Below, piece after piece: positions 29,351 through 40,059 of a stretch of DNA of 64,000 nt (within the stretch, counting starts at the first letter, position 1; every line of letters starts with the position of its first letter). A program made the translations under genes and the position numbers. The stretch is from Candidatus Eiseniibacteriota bacterium. Its GTDB lineage: Bacteria > Eisenbacteria > RBG-16-71-46 > CAVPCR01. Under the pieces are notes generated by a model, which saw only the letters and a list, made by a program, of their open reading frames with translations, was not told where the DNA came from and ran no database searches. The stretch spans positions 640,001 through 704,000 of the forward strand of contig CAWGMA010000002.1 in assembly GCA_963823555.1 (NCBI GenBank), read 5' to 3'.

Positions 29351-32116
29351 TCAGCGGATCCAGACGACAGGCTTGCTGGTGTTGAACTGCGGAGCGTCCA
29401 CTCTCACGAAGTAGACGCCTGCGACCAGCGCTCGGCCAGCCTGATCCCTGCCGTCCCAGGCGAACTGGTGTCGGCCTGCAAGCAGCACTCCGCCCATCAG
29501 ATCCCGCACTTTTCGGCCAGACACGTCGTAGATGCCGGCATCGACTCTCCCCTCCGCAGGAAGATCGAGGACGATCGCCGCTGCGCCGCGAGCGGGATTC
29601 GGGAAGACCGACAGGAAAGTGCCACCAACCGGCAGGGCTTCCGCCACACCGGAGGGCATCGTCACCGTCAGAATGGCCGCGTAGCTGGTCTCGCTGCCAC
29701 AGGGGTTCGATACCACGCAGTCGTAGGCGCCGGAGTCGGCCGCCGCTACCTGCTGGATCGTCAGATCCCGAGTCGCCGCACCGAAGATCGTCGATCCATG
29801 ACCCGTCGCCCCGTCTTCCAGGGGAATGCCGTTTCGGCGCCAAGAGAAGGCCAAGTCCCAGTATCCATTGGCGGGATAGACCGAGAAGCTTGCATTCTCA
29901 CCCTCGCCAACAGTTTGTGGGAAGGGATGGACGGCGATCCAGGGTACCCCCGTCGTCAGGAAGCGTGCCGCGCCGAGGGTTGGGATGTTCACGCTCCCGA
30001 CCGACGTGAAGTCCCCACCCACGAACAGTTCCCCGTGGTAGGCCGCAACCGCGCGGGCCGTCGCGTCCACACCGCCATCCACTATGACCCAGGCTCCATC
30101 CTCGAACCGGGCGACCGACCCGGGGAAATCTCCGGTGGCGTAAAGGAATCCGCCCTCCGACTTGAGTGCGAAAACGGTTCCGGGAAGACCTGTCCCGACG
30201 GCGACCCAATCCCCCCCGCTGAAGCGCGCGACGTGGTTGAGCGGCGTGCCGGAGCCGGATGCGGCGAAAGCTCCGCCGGCGTACGTGGAGCCGCTATGCC
30301 GCTCGATGGCATAGACCGCGCCGTTGAGACCGCTACCCAGGGGGGACCAGGGAGTATCGGGGAGATCCAGGCGGTCTATCCAGGATGCGATGCACAGGGC
30401 CGAAGTGCCGTTGGCCGAAGTGAAGAGACCACCGGCCAGCATCACGCTCGTCGTGGCGTTCAACGAGTACCCCTTGAGGGAGAAGACGGCACCGTTGATT
30501 CCGGTCCCCATGGCTTCCCAGACCGACCCGTTCCACCGGGCGACGTGCAGGAGTGGATTTGGTCCCGAGCGCGTGAATCCTCCGCCGGCGACCGTTGTGC
30601 CTGCAAAGCGGCCGAGCGCGAGGACGTCGCCGTTGAACCCATCTCCGAGCGCTGACCACCCGGTCAAGAGGATGTCGTCCGATTCGGTCCACTGGGCCAC
30701 GCGCATGGCGCTCACTCCCCCGGCCGTAGTGAACTGACCACCGACGACCAGAACGTTCCTCTGGGGGGGACTGGTAATCGTATAGCCGGTGAGGGCCATG
30801 ACGGGGGCGTTCGTACCCGTTTCAAGAGGAAGGAGCTGCTGCCCGTCCCAAGCGGCGATGTGAGACGACTCGCCTTCCGGGAAGTACTGCGAGAACGAAC
30901 CGGCAAGCCCGACCCGGTTTCCATAGACGGCGAGGGCATTGACGCTCACGGGAGCGCTGCTGTCGTTCCAGGAGGTGCCGTTCCAGCGGGCGAGGTTCCG
31001 CACCGGGATGTTGAATGTGCCGCCGGCAAACAGCTCTCCGCGGTACTCCGCCATCGTGTAGACTGCCTCGCCGTTCGCCACACCGGCGCCGATGCCGCCC
31101 CCCAGCGCCTGCCACCCGCTGACGTCCCAGCGAGCCACCCGGCGGATCATCGCGGTCGTGCCTCCCGCATGGAACTCCCCTCCCGCGTGAAGGTAGCCAT
31201 CATAGCTGGTGAGGGAGTACACGGGCGCGCCAAGCGAGCAGGGGTTCCCGCAGTCCATCGTCAGCCAGCGAGTCCCATCCCAGAGGATGCACCACTTCTG
31301 CGGAACCCCCTGGTTGTCGATGTGCGCGAATGCCCCACCCACGGCCAGCATCCCGTTGTACACATGAAGCGCGTAGACGTCGTCGTCGAGACCGCCGTCC
31401 CCATCGGCGACCGAACTCCATGAGGAGCCGCTCCACTTGGCGAGAAACGGCATGCTCTCGAGACCGCCGTTCTGGAAATCCCCGCCGGCGTAGAGGTAGC
31501 TGCCATACGCGGCCAGCGCGTAGACGGGCCCGTCCAGAGAGCTCCCGAAGCTGACCCAAGTCGAGCTGGGGGCATCCCAACGCCGCGTGTTGTTGTTGAA
31601 GTTGCCCCCCGCGTAGAGCTGTCCGTTGTAGGTCGCAAGGGCATAGACGGAGGACCCTCCCAGCATCCCATTGCCCATCGGAGACCAGTACAGATCGTTG
31701 TAACGCGCCACAAACCTCGCTTGGACGCCTCCTGCGCTGGTGAACGAGCCGGCGGCAACGAGGATCCCTTCATGGATGGCCAAGGCGCGAATGGGGCCGT
31801 CCACTCCTCCCGCCAGGTCCCGCCAGACAGTTCCGTCCCATGACGCGACGTTGCTCACTTGGACTCCCCCGATGCTTGTGAACTCGCCACCGACGATGAG
31901 AAGCTCCTGGCGAGGACCGGCGCCGTCGGGATCCCACACAATCGATGCGTTGATCGGACCGTTGGGTGAGGTCACCCCCCCCGTGAAGGGCCCGGCACGC
32001 CACTCTGGACAGACGCCGATGGCGGATGAAGTCGAGATGGCGAGGAAGAACGCGACAAGACCGAGAAGAAGACGAAGTCGGGTCTTCGGCAGATCCGGAG
32101 CCAGCTCCGCATACAT
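29351..32116 (-). CDS. Secreted beta-propeller repeat protein with Ig domain and FlgD/T9SS-like tail
   Basis: ATG after GGAGG; repeats of LxxGGxF...ARWxGxxW..GxGxxGxVxAL; Ig motif WRRNG...DSGAYDCVVSN; PNP...WDGRD..G...GVYFVR. Confidence 0.85.
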   Translation of the reverse strand: MYAELAPDLPKTRLRLLLGLVAFFLAISTSSAIGVCPEWRAGPFTGGVTSPNGPINASIVWDPDGAGPRQELLIVGGEFTSIGGVQVSNVASWDGTVWRDLAGGVDGPIRALAIHEGILVAAGSFTSAGGVQARFVARYNDLYWSPMGNGMLGGSSVYALATYNGQLYAGGNFNNNTRRWDAPSSTWVSFGSSLDGPVYALAAYGSYLYAGGDFQNGGLESMPFLAKWSGSSWSSVADGDGGLDDDVYALHVYNGMLAVGGAFAHIDNQGVPQKWCILWDGTRWLTMDCGNPCSLGAPVYSLTSYDGYLHAGGEFHAGGTTAMIRRVARWDVSGWQALGGGIGAGVANGEAVYTMAEYRGELFAGGTFNIPVRNLARWNGTSWNDSSAPVSVNALAVYGNRVGLAGSFSQYFPEGESSHIAAWDGQQLLPLETGTNAPVMALTGYTITSPPQRNVLVVGGQFTTAGGVSAMRVAQWTESDDILLTGWSALGDGFNGDVLALGRFAGTTVAGGGFTRSGPNPLLHVARWNGSVWEAMGTGINGAVFSLKGYSLNATTSVMLAGGLFTSANGTSALCIASWIDRLDLPDTPWSPLGSGLNGAVYAIERHSGSTYAGGAFAASGSGTPLNHVARFSGGDWVAVGTGLPGTVFALKSEGGFLYATGDFPGSVARFEDGAWVIVDGGVDATARAVAAYHGELFVGGDFTSVGSVNIPTLGAARFLTTGVPWIAVHPFPQTVGEGENASFSVYPANGYWDLAFSWRRNGIPLEDGATGHGSTIFGAATRDLTIQQVAAADSGAYDCVVSNPCGSETSYAAILTVTMPSGVAEALPVGGTFLSVFPNPARGAAAIVLDLPAEGRVDAGIYDVSGRKVRDLMGGVLLAGRHQFAWDGRDQAGRALVAGVYFVRVDAPQFNTSKPVVWIR

Positions 32117-32395
32117 GAGGGACCTCCAGGCTTGCTCTCCTTGCGGCGAGAAGAGGAGGCCATATCGATTCGTTTGGTCGCGGCGTGGGCTGTCACAGTC
32201 GCTGTGGAGCAGGGCACGCGAGCGAGGCACGCCCCTGGGTCATTCCGGGCCGGACGGCCGCCCGTGAACGGATGGAGCCTCGGGATCAACGCAGGAGTAT
32301 GGTCGAAGTCGCGTCGTTTGTCTAGACCGGATCGGCCGTATCGGACGCGATCGCCCCGCGCCTGGGAGGACCGAGGTCCTCGATGCTTACCTCTT

Positions 32396-32546
32396 TGGGG
32401 TCTACTTCGCGCTTCCGGAAGGGGGCGGTCAACAACCAGCACCTGTCAAGTTCGTCTATCTTCGTTGAACAGGCCGGCTCGGAGCACAACACTACGGAGG
32501 TGTACGATGAGGAGAGCATTCTAGAGAGCCGGGTCAACTTCAGGCG
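32396..32546 (+). repeat. ~150-bp direct repeat, copy 2 (orphan tail of the beta-helix gene)
   Basis: Near-identical to 20950-21100. Confidence 0.9.
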
Positions 32547-32759
32547 CTCCTTGTTGCCGTCATTTGCATTGCACCGCAGGCGATACCAGGGGAGAATCCT
32601 CTCGTCGATCTTCCACTTCATGCCAAGCAATCGAGCTTCGAGTCGTGCAATGGCTACCTGCCACTCGACTGCTACAACAACCGCCCCACGGATCAGGGCC
32701 TGCGATGGAGTTCGGTGGCCGGCCCGACCTCGACACCCGCTCCCTGATTCTCTAGGCAC

Positions 32760-33090
32760 TCACCTGGCCATGATCACGCGCCTCGATGCCGACCCGTCCG
32801 CCCAGGTGAGCCGGGCGACATAGAGGTCTCCTGCGACGATACGGCCCTTGTCATCTCGACGATCCCAGATCACCGCGTTCGGCCCCGCCGCATCCATGAG
32901 CCTGCGCACGCACCGTCCGGCCACTTCGTAGATCCTGAGCTGTGCCTCCAACCTGTACGGCAGATCGAATCCGAGCCGGACCGTACCCCAGGTTGGATTG
33001 GGCTCTGCCGTAAGCAGAGCAAGACCCTGCAGCCCAGGTGAGGCAGTGGCCGGCACTGCCGTCGTCACCTCGCACTGCGTGGGCCCGATC
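32760..33090 (-). pseudogene. Orphan FlgD/T9SS-like C-terminal domain fragment
   Basis: TTAVP...EPNPTWG...RIYEVAGRCVRRL...WDRRDDKG...LYVARL with no recognisable N-terminal part. Confidence 0.65.
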
Positions 33091-33268
33091 ACGACGTCGC
33101 GGGGGGGACCCGGGGGCCTGGGGAATCGGTACCGGAGGCGAACAGGCATCGTGCCGAAGCCGGAAGCGAGTGGGCAGCAGAAGAAAGCACGGCCGCGCCC
33201 TCCAAAGCGATCGGTGACTTCGCGCCGCGCGACGCATTGCCCACCATTCGAGCTGTCTCCTCCCTTGG

Positions 33269-34231
33269 TTACCTTCGCCAGTCGGTGTGACTGACCTTGC
33301 GGCTGATCAGATCGATCGCGCCGGTGGCAAAGGTGTATGAATAAGTCAACCGGTGCGGGACGGGTCCTTCGAAGACGATCTTGGCGTTGTCCGGCGAGAA
33401 GATCGGCCACATCCCGTAAGTGACAAACTCGGGGGTTTGCCCGGGCTCGCTGATATCCAGCGTGTAGATCTGAGGGTCGCCTCCGTTGACATTATCCCAG
33501 AAGAAGTAGGCGATCGTATCGACCCCCTGGCGTGCCCAGCTGCCGCTGACGAACCTCCCCTCCGTTTCAGGAATGCTGAGGACAGACGTTCGGACTCCGG
33601 TCGCTCGATCGATGACCTGGAGCGTAGAAGACCCGACCCATGTCGACGAATCGAACACCAGCTGCGTGCCGTCGGAGTTCCACTCGGGACGGCTGATGGC
33701 GGCGTCAGAAGTCTGATAGAGGATCTCACCCGCACCACCCGAGGCGGGAAAGATCCAGAGCGTCCAGGTCCAGTCCTCTGAGTTGATACAAGAAATCTCA
33801 TCGCCAGCAGGCGACCAGCGAGGTTCGTTGCACTTCCTGCCACATGCAGAGTGGGGAACAATCAGGTGGTTGTTCGACCCATCCCTGTTCACCACCCATA
33901 AGCCAGTATAGTGCTCCATGTAGACGAGTTGAGTGCCATCCGGGGACCAGGATGCCTGTCCAATGATCTGGCCTCCTTCGCTCAAGACGACGGGGGTCAC
34001 ATTCGATCCATCTGCATCCATGATGACAATGTCGCCTCGGTACATCCCGGCGATTTCGGGATTGGCCGGCGGCGGTGGTGGCGGCTTCGCCCCGTCGTAG
34101 GCTGGTTTTCCATCAGGCGAGTTGACCAAGCCGGGCCCCGATCCGTCCTGACATCCCACCAGGACCACGAAACAGAGACTTACGATGAGCAAGGGCCATG
34201 AGCCCCAGTGGATTCGAGACAAGCGTCCCAT
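33269..34231 (-). CDS. Lipoprotein with TolB/PD40-like repeats
   Basis: Lipobox LVGC; SWSPDG, RWSPAG, EWNSDG and FSPDN repeats. Confidence 0.8.
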   Translation of the reverse strand: MGRLSRIHWGSWPLLIVSLCFVVLVGCQDGSGPGLVNSPDGKPAYDGAKPPPPPPANPEIAGMYRGDIVIMDADGSNVTPVVLSEGGQIIGQASWSPDGTQLVYMEHYTGLWVVNRDGSNNHLIVPHSACGRKCNEPRWSPAGDEISCINSEDWTWTLWIFPASGGAGEILYQTSDAAISRPEWNSDGTQLVFDSSTWVGSSTLQVIDRATGVRTSVLSIPETEGRFVSGSWARQGVDTIAYFFWDNVNGGDPQIYTLDISEPGQTPEFVTYGMWPIFSPDNAKIVFEGPVPHRLTYSYTFATGAIDLISRKVSHTDWRR

Positions 34232-34565
34232 GACACGGTCCTCCTTGCTTCGAGCGCGGCCTAAACCGCATCCGGCTGGAGCGAAACAGGTCCAGCAAGC
34301 GCGGCTCGCGCAGTCGCGGTCGCATCATGAGGCTCAACTCTCACAGAACTCTGAAAAAGGTGGACTGTGCGCCAGCTCGTATCCTAATTTGCACAATGAC
34401 AACGAACTAGGGGGGGGTGTCGAGTGCTCGACCGCGACCGGACGAGCTGCCAACGTGGTATCATCGAAGGCGTCCGGAGGCTCGCCGGCGAGGGCCCCCG
34501 AGCTGCTCCGGGCCACGATCGATCGGGCAAGCCAGAGACAGCGTCTGCGGGAGGTTCGCAATCCC

Positions 34566-34716
34566 ATGGCCGTGTGCTGCCGCATCGAGCTTTTCGGCGG
34601 TCTCCGAATCGTGCGCGGAGAGTCCACGCTCACCCGCTTTCCGACGCACAAGACCGCCGCACTCCTTGCCTATCTCGCCTATCACAGCGACCGCGCGCAT
34701 CCCCGTGAGAGTCTGG
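34566..34716 (+). pseudogene. N-terminal fragment of a SARP/BTAD-type transcriptional regulator
   Basis: RIELFGGLRI...KTAALLAYLAY...HPRESL, cut exactly at the 216-bp element. Confidence 0.75.
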
Positions 34717-34932
34717 GCGCATAGGATCTTTCATCGGCCCTTTGGCCTGACCTCAGGTGTAGGACGGGGGATTGGGGAAGGGAAGGAGCGTGTCGGGGGG
34801 AAGCGGAGGGGCCCATGGCGCCGCGATGGCACGGCGGGGCGATGGCATCGGCCCATTGCTGAGCGCGGCGCGCGGCTAGGGCACGGAGGTCCCCCACCAC
34901 TCCGGCGGGATGCGCGGAGCGTCGCGGGGTTC
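34717..34932 (-). mobile_element. 216-bp ISCR/IS91-type oriIS mini-element, copy 1
   Basis: Matches the region downstream of the transposase (61207-61433); minus strand runs GAAC...GAAAGATCCTATGCGC; same ends as 52934-53149. Confidence 0.8.
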
Positions 34933-35186
34933 GCTCAGGCGGTCGATCCCGGAGCGCGTGCTCGCCGAGGCGGCTGCGCCCGAACCCGCGGTTGCAACGG
35001 CCACGGCTTGCCAGGCATCGCCGTGCCATGACCGATCCTGGACCCACCGAACCCGCTCCCCTCAGCCTGATGGCGACGAAGCCAACCGCCACCTGCGCCA
35101 AAGTGCCCACCACTACTCGCCAGTCCTTCGGACCGCCCTCCTACCTTCGCCTTTGGCTACGAACCGCAGTAGAATTGAGGGTGGCT

Positions 35187-35576
35187 ATGGGACGTCAGCA
35201 TTCACAACCTGCCGGAGCAGCGAGCGCCGGCGGAGCCCAGGTCGACTACGACCACATCGTCACCGGCACCACCGGCTTTCCCGGTGGCAGCGTCCTCGAG
35301 GCGATCCTGCCCGAGGTCGAGGGCCGCGTGTTCGTGATCGGCTGCTCTGCCCCAGAGCGCCCGCCCGCCGAGCGTCTGTCCTCGATCACCCGCCGGGCCG
35401 TAGGTGCCGATCGCATCGTGCCGATCGTCGGCACCGACAACCTGGCCGCCGCGCATGGGGAAGAGTTCGTCGAGTCGGTCGCGGCCATCGACGGCGCGGT
35501 GTCACGAACGCTGTTCCACCGTTACTTCCGCCGCCGGCCGAGCGCGGAGGTGCGCAATGGCCGCGTGCGCTACTGA
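35187..35576 (+). CDS. Hypothetical protein (start uncertain)
   Basis: GC3-biased ORF overlapping the start of the next gene. Confidence 0.45.
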   Translation: MGRQHSQPAGAASAGGAQVDYDHIVTGTTGFPGGSVLEAILPEVEGRVFVIGCSAPERPPAERLSSITRRAVGADRIVPIVGTDNLAAAHGEEFVESVAAIDGAVSRTLFHRYFRRRPSAEVRNGRVRY

Positions 35577-36780
35577 GCGCCCCGCAGCGCGTGAAGGGCC
35601 AGGGCGCGCGCTCGCCGCGCCGGGCACCGTACGCGATGTGGCGCTACTCGCGCTGCTCGCGCTCTGGGTGGGCGGGGCCGGGCCGGCGCGAGCCGGCACG
35701 GCGCTTGAGTGGCGCGGCGAGGCGTCCGCGATGGGCATCTTCGGTGACCGCGAACAGGTGACGCCCGGGGTGCGGCTGCGCTACGTGCCCGAGGCGCTGG
35801 TGACTTGGAAGGCCCGGCCGGGGCTGTCGTTCGACGCGGATGCGGCCGGCGAGTTGCAGGCGGAAACACGCTGGCCGCGCGATGCACCGGTCGAGACCGA
35901 CACCGATGCGTCGTTCTACCGGCTGTGGGCGAGCGTGGCGGGGTCGGCGACCGAGGTGCGCGCGGGCCTGCAGCAGGTCGACTTCGGCTCGGCCACGCTG
36001 CTGCGGCCGCTGATGTGGTTCGACACCCTCGATCCACGCGACCCGCTCAAGGCGACCGCGGGAGTGTGGGGGGTACGTTGGCGCCAGTCGCTGCCGTACG
36101 GCGCTGGGTTGTGGGCGTGGGGCCTACTCGGCAACGACGAGCGCCGCGGCTGGGACCTGCTGCCCTCGTCCGGCGACGAGCCCGAGGCCGGAGCGCGGTT
36201 GCAGGTTCCCGTGCCTCGTGGCGAGGTCGCCGGCGCCTACCATCACCGCACCGCGGAGTTCGCGCTCCCCGGCACGCCGGGCGCGCCGCCGATGTCGCAG
36301 GAGATCGCCGAGGACCGCTTCGGCTTCGACGCGCGGTGGGACGTCGGCATCGGCGCGTGGCTGGAGGGCTCCTGGACGGACCTGCGCGACACGCCGCTGT
36401 CCGGCGGCTGGCAGAGCGCGCTGTGCGCGGGCGGGGACTACACGTTTGGCGTGCTCGACGGCCTCACAGTCGCCCTCGAGCACATGCGCCTCGACGCTTC
36501 AGACGACCCGCTCGCGCGCGGCACGGGTCGCGACCTGACCGCGTTCTCGGTATTCCTGCGCCTCGGCGTGCTCGACACGGTGCGCGGGTTCGGGTTCAAG
36601 GACTGGGAGACCGGCGCGGACAGTCAGGTGATCGAGGTGCGGCGCACGTGGGACCACTGGAGCGTGCACCTTCTCGGATTCCGCGGCGGCGACGCGCTGG
36701 GCGCATTCGGCCCGGACGGGGCGTTCCCCGCCGGCAATGGGGGGCAGCTGATGCTGGTCTACCAACACGGGACGGAGTAG
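35557..36780 (+). CDS. Probable outer-membrane beta-barrel protein
   Basis: GGAGG RBS, signal peptide, RAGLQQVDFGSATLLRPLMWFD..DPRDP, alternating beta-strand pattern. Confidence 0.7.
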   Translation: MAACATERPAAREGPGRALAAPGTVRDVALLALLALWVGGAGPARAGTALEWRGEASAMGIFGDREQVTPGVRLRYVPEALVTWKARPGLSFDADAAGELQAETRWPRDAPVETDTDASFYRLWASVAGSATEVRAGLQQVDFGSATLLRPLMWFDTLDPRDPLKATAGVWGVRWRQSLPYGAGLWAWGLLGNDERRGWDLLPSSGDEPEAGARLQVPVPRGEVAGAYHHRTAEFALPGTPGAPPMSQEIAEDRFGFDARWDVGIGAWLEGSWTDLRDTPLSGGWQSALCAGGDYTFGVLDGLTVALEHMRLDASDDPLARGTGRDLTAFSVFLRLGVLDTVRGFGFKDWETGADSQVIEVRRTWDHWSVHLLGFRGGDALGAFGPDGAFPAGNGGQLMLVYQHGTE

Positions 36781-36782
36781 CG

Positions 36783-37529
36783 ATGACGGGAACTGAAGTG
36801 CGCCACGGCAGGTCGGACGGGCAGCCCGTCATCCGCACTCGTGACCTGGTCAAGACCTACCCGATGGGCGGTGAGACGCTCACCGCGCTCGACCGCGTCA
36901 GTCTCGACGTGGCGCGCGGCGAGTTCGCCGGGCTCGTGGGGCCGAGCGGTTCGGGCAAGACCACACTGCTCAACATCGTCGGCTCGCTCGACGTGCCCAC
37001 CTCGGGCAGCGCGCACGTACTGGAGCGCGACATCGGTGCGCTCGCAGAGAGCGAGGCGTCGGCGCTACGCAATCGATACATCGGGTTCGTGTTCCAGACC
37101 TTCAACCTGCTGCCGGCGTACACGGTGGCCGAGAACGTCGAGTTCCCGCTGCTGTTGCTGCGGGTGGCAGCCGCCGAGCGGCGTGCACGGGTGACGCGAG
37201 CGCTCGAGCTGGTGGAGCTCGCGGACCGCGGCGGGTCGCGCCCGCACCAGCTGTCGGGGGGCCAGAGCCAGCGCGTCGCGATCGCGCGCGCCATCGTCAA
37301 GGAACCCGAGTTGGTGCTCGCGGACGAGCCAACCGCCAACCTCGACGTGCGCAACTCCCACAACGTCATCCAGATCATGGAACGACTGAACCGTTCGCTC
37401 GGGACCACGTTTCTGTTCTCGACCCACGACGAGAAGGTCATCCGCTACCTGCGCCGCGTCATCACGCTCGCTGACGGGCGTGTGGAACGCGATGAGCGCC
37501 GCGAACCGCCGACTGGAGGCGGGGCATGA
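36783..37529 (+). CDS. ABC ATP-binding protein (LolD/MacB-type)
   Basis: [44 protein letters not shown]. Confidence 0.95.
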   Translation: MTGTEVRHGRSDGQPVIRTRDLVKTYPMGGETLTALDRVSLDVARGEFAGLVGPSGSGKTTLLNIVGSLDVPTSGSAHVLERDIGALAESEASALRNRYIGFVFQTFNLLPAYTVAENVEFPLLLLRVAAAERRARVTRALELVELADRGGSRPHQLSGGQSQRVAIARAIVKEPELVLADEPTANLDVRNSHNVIQIMERLNRSLGTTFLFSTHDEKVIRYLRRVITLADGRVERDERREPPTGGGA

Positions 37530-38719
37530 TGCTGCTCGGGCTCGCGCTGCGCAACCTGCGTGCCGCCGGCACGCGCACCGTGCTCAACGTGGTGGTGTTG
37601 TCGCTGGTGTTCGTGACCATCGTCGCCGCCCAGGGCTTGCTGGCGGGCATGAACCGCCAGATGACACGCGCCAGCCTCGAGGTCGAGTACGGCGGAGGGC
37701 AGTTCTGGAACGAGGCCTGGGACCCGTTCGACCCGCTCACGCTCGAGCGCGCGCACGGTTCGCCCGGCGTGGCGCTCGGCGCGCTCGAGGCCGACGGGCG
37801 CGCCGCGCCGGTGCTGGTGCTGTCGGGCGCGCTGTACCGCGAGGGCCGCATGCGCCCGGTGCTGCTCAAGGGCGTGCCGCCCCACCAGCGCGCGGTGGCG
37901 TTGCCGACCGCGGTGCTCGACGGCGACGCCGCGCGGCGCGCGACAGCCGAGGGCGCGATCCCCCTGCTGGTGGGAACTCGCATGGCGCGCACCGTGGGCC
38001 TCGCCGAGGGCGACGCGGTGGTGTTGCAGTGGCGCGACCGCGCGGGTGCTTTCGACGCGCGTGAGGGCCGCGTCGTCGCCATCATGAACACGCCGGTTCA
38101 GCGTGTGGACGTGGGACAGGTCTGGATGCCGCTCGCGACTCTGCGCGCGCTCTCCGGGATGGAGGGCGAAGCCACGCTGGTCACGCTCGCGGCCGGCATG
38201 CGACCGCCGCCACCACCGCCCGGCTGGGCTTTCCACGACACCGGCGAACTGCTGGCCGACGTGCACCGGGTCGTGCGGGGCAAGGCGATCGGCTCGTGGT
38301 TCGTTTACTCGCTCCTGCTGATGCTCGGCCTTCTCGCCATCTTCGACACCCAGGTCCTTTCGATCTTCCACCGCCGGAAGGAGATCGGCACGCTGATGGC
38401 GCTCGGCATGACACGCCGCCAGGTGGTAACGTTGTTCACGCTCGAGGGTGCGCTGCATGGGCTGTTCGCGGCTCTCGCCGGCGCGGCGTGGGCCACGCCG
38501 CTGCTGGCGTGGTTCGCGCATTCCGGCTGGAAGGTCACGGCCTCGACCGACCGCTACGGGTTCGCGCTCGGCGACCGCATCTACCCGCTGTACGGCGCGG
38601 GCCTGGTGTTCACGACCATCCTCGTGGTGCTGGCGGCAACCACGGTGGTGGCGTGGCTGCCGGCGCGGCGCATCGCGCGCCTGCGGCCCACCGAGGCGCT
38701 GCGCGGGAGGCTCGGGTGA
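37526..38719 (+). CDS. FtsX/LolCE-like ABC permease
   Basis: 1 TM + periplasmic domain + 3 TM; RRKEIGTLMALG, LRPTEALR. Confidence 0.9.
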   Translation: MMLLGLALRNLRAAGTRTVLNVVVLSLVFVTIVAAQGLLAGMNRQMTRASLEVEYGGGQFWNEAWDPFDPLTLERAHGSPGVALGALEADGRAAPVLVLSGALYREGRMRPVLLKGVPPHQRAVALPTAVLDGDAARRATAEGAIPLLVGTRMARTVGLAEGDAVVLQWRDRAGAFDAREGRVVAIMNTPVQRVDVGQVWMPLATLRALSGMEGEATLVTLAAGMRPPPPPPGWAFHDTGELLADVHRVVRGKAIGSWFVYSLLLMLGLLAIFDTQVLSIFHRRKEIGTLMALGMTRRQVVTLFTLEGALHGLFAALAGAAWATPLLAWFAHSGWKVTASTDRYGFALGDRIYPLYGAGLVFTTILVVLAATTVVAWLPARRIARLRPTEALRGRLG

Positions 38720-40059
38720 TCCGCTTCCTGCTCATGGGCCTGTTACGCGACCCGGCGCGCAGCCGCTTCCCGGTCGCCATCGTGCTGTTCGGCGTGGCGC
38801 TCACCGTTGTGCTGGTCAGCTGGGTGTCGGGCATCTCGAGCGACCTGGTGCGGACCAACGCGGCCTACGAGACCGGCCACCTCAAGGTGGTGTCGCGCGC
38901 CTACGCGCGCGAGTCCGACATGGCTCCCAACGACCTCGCGCTGCTGGGAGCGAGCGCGCTGCTCGACTCGCTGCGCGCGGCCGCACCGGGGTGGACGTGG
39001 ACCCCGCGCATCCGTATCGCCGGCCTGCTCGATGTGCCTGACGCCGCGGGGGAAACCCGCGCCCAGGCGCCCGTGCGCGGCCTCGGGCTGGCGCTCGCCG
39101 GGGAGGGCGCGCCCGAGCACGACCTGCTCGAGCTACGGCGCCTGCTGGCGCGCGGGCGGCTGCCCGCGGAGGCCGGCGAGATGCTGGCCACGGATGCGCT
39201 CGCGCGCCAGCTGGGGCTCGCGCCCGGTGACGTCGCCACGCTGGTGTCCTCGACCATGGACGGGAGCCTGACGACCTGGAACCTGCGCCTCGCCGGCACC
39301 GTGCGCTTTGGCATCGCCGCGCTCGACCGCGGCACTGTTCTCATCGACATCGCCGACGCGCGCGCGGCGCTCGACATGGACGATGCAGCGGGGGAGATCG
39401 TGGGCTTCGCACCGGGCGGCCTGTACGACGATGCGCGCGCGCGCCGCGTCGCGGAAGACCTGCGCGAGGCGGGCCTCGCGGGGGCGCCCGACGCCGCCGC
39501 TGCCGGCGATGACGCGGGCGCGGCGGGCGAGTTCGCGACCGACGAGTTCGTGACCGACGAGTTCGCGCCAGTGGTCCTGACGCTGCGCGAACAGGCGGGC
39601 CTGGGCCAGGTACTGGACCTGGCGTCCGCGGTCTCGGCGGCGCTGGTCGGTCTGTTCCTGGTGGTGATGTCGATCGTGCTGTGGAACTCCGGGCTGATCG
39701 CCGGGGTGCGGCGCTACGGGGAGATCGGGCTGCGGCTCGCGCTCGGCGAGGCGCGCCGCCACATCTACGGTGCGATGCTCGCGGAGTCCTTCATGGTGGG
39801 CGTGATCGGGTCGCTGGCGGGCACCGTGCTGGGACTGGCGATTTCGTACCGGCTCGAGGCGGTCGGTCTCGACCTCGGCTCGGTGTTGCGTCACTCCGAC
39901 ATGGTGGCCTCGAGCGTCATGCGCGCCCGCGTCACGCCCGCGTCGTGGGTCATCGGCTTCCTGCCCGGCGTCGGGGCGACGCTGCTGGGCACCGCCATCG
40001 CCTGGACCGGGGTGTTCCGCCGCCGCACCTCCCAACTGACGAAGGAGTTCGAGGCATGA
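38716..40059 (+). CDS. FtsX/LolCE-like ABC permease
   Basis: Same topology; RRYGEIGLRLALG. Confidence 0.9.
   Translation: MIRFLLMGLLRDPARSRFPVAIVLFGVALTVVLVSWVSGISSDLVRTNAAYETGHLKVVSRAYARESDMAPNDLALLGASALLDSLRAAAPGWTWTPRIRIAGLLDVPDAAGETRAQAPVRGLGLALAGEGAPEHDLLELRRLLARGRLPAEAGEMLATDALARQLGLAPGDVATLVSSTMDGSLTTWNLRLAGTVRFGIAALDRGTVLIDIADARAALDMDDAAGEIVGFAPGGLYDDARARRVAEDLREAGLAGAPDAAAAGDDAGAAGEFATDEFVTDEFAPVVLTLREQAGLGQVLDLASAVSAALVGLFLVVMSIVLWNSGLIAGVRRYGEIGLRLALGEARRHIYGAMLAESFMVGVIGSLAGTVLGLAISYRLEAVGLDLGSVLRHSDMVASSVMRARVTPASWVIGFLPGVGATLLGTAIAWTGVFRRRTSQLTKEFEA

Noticed and set aside
39528..39569. 15-nt tandem repeat (EFATDEFVTDEFA) in a permease loop
   Set aside because: In-frame slippage in a low-complexity loop with no sign of a separate function
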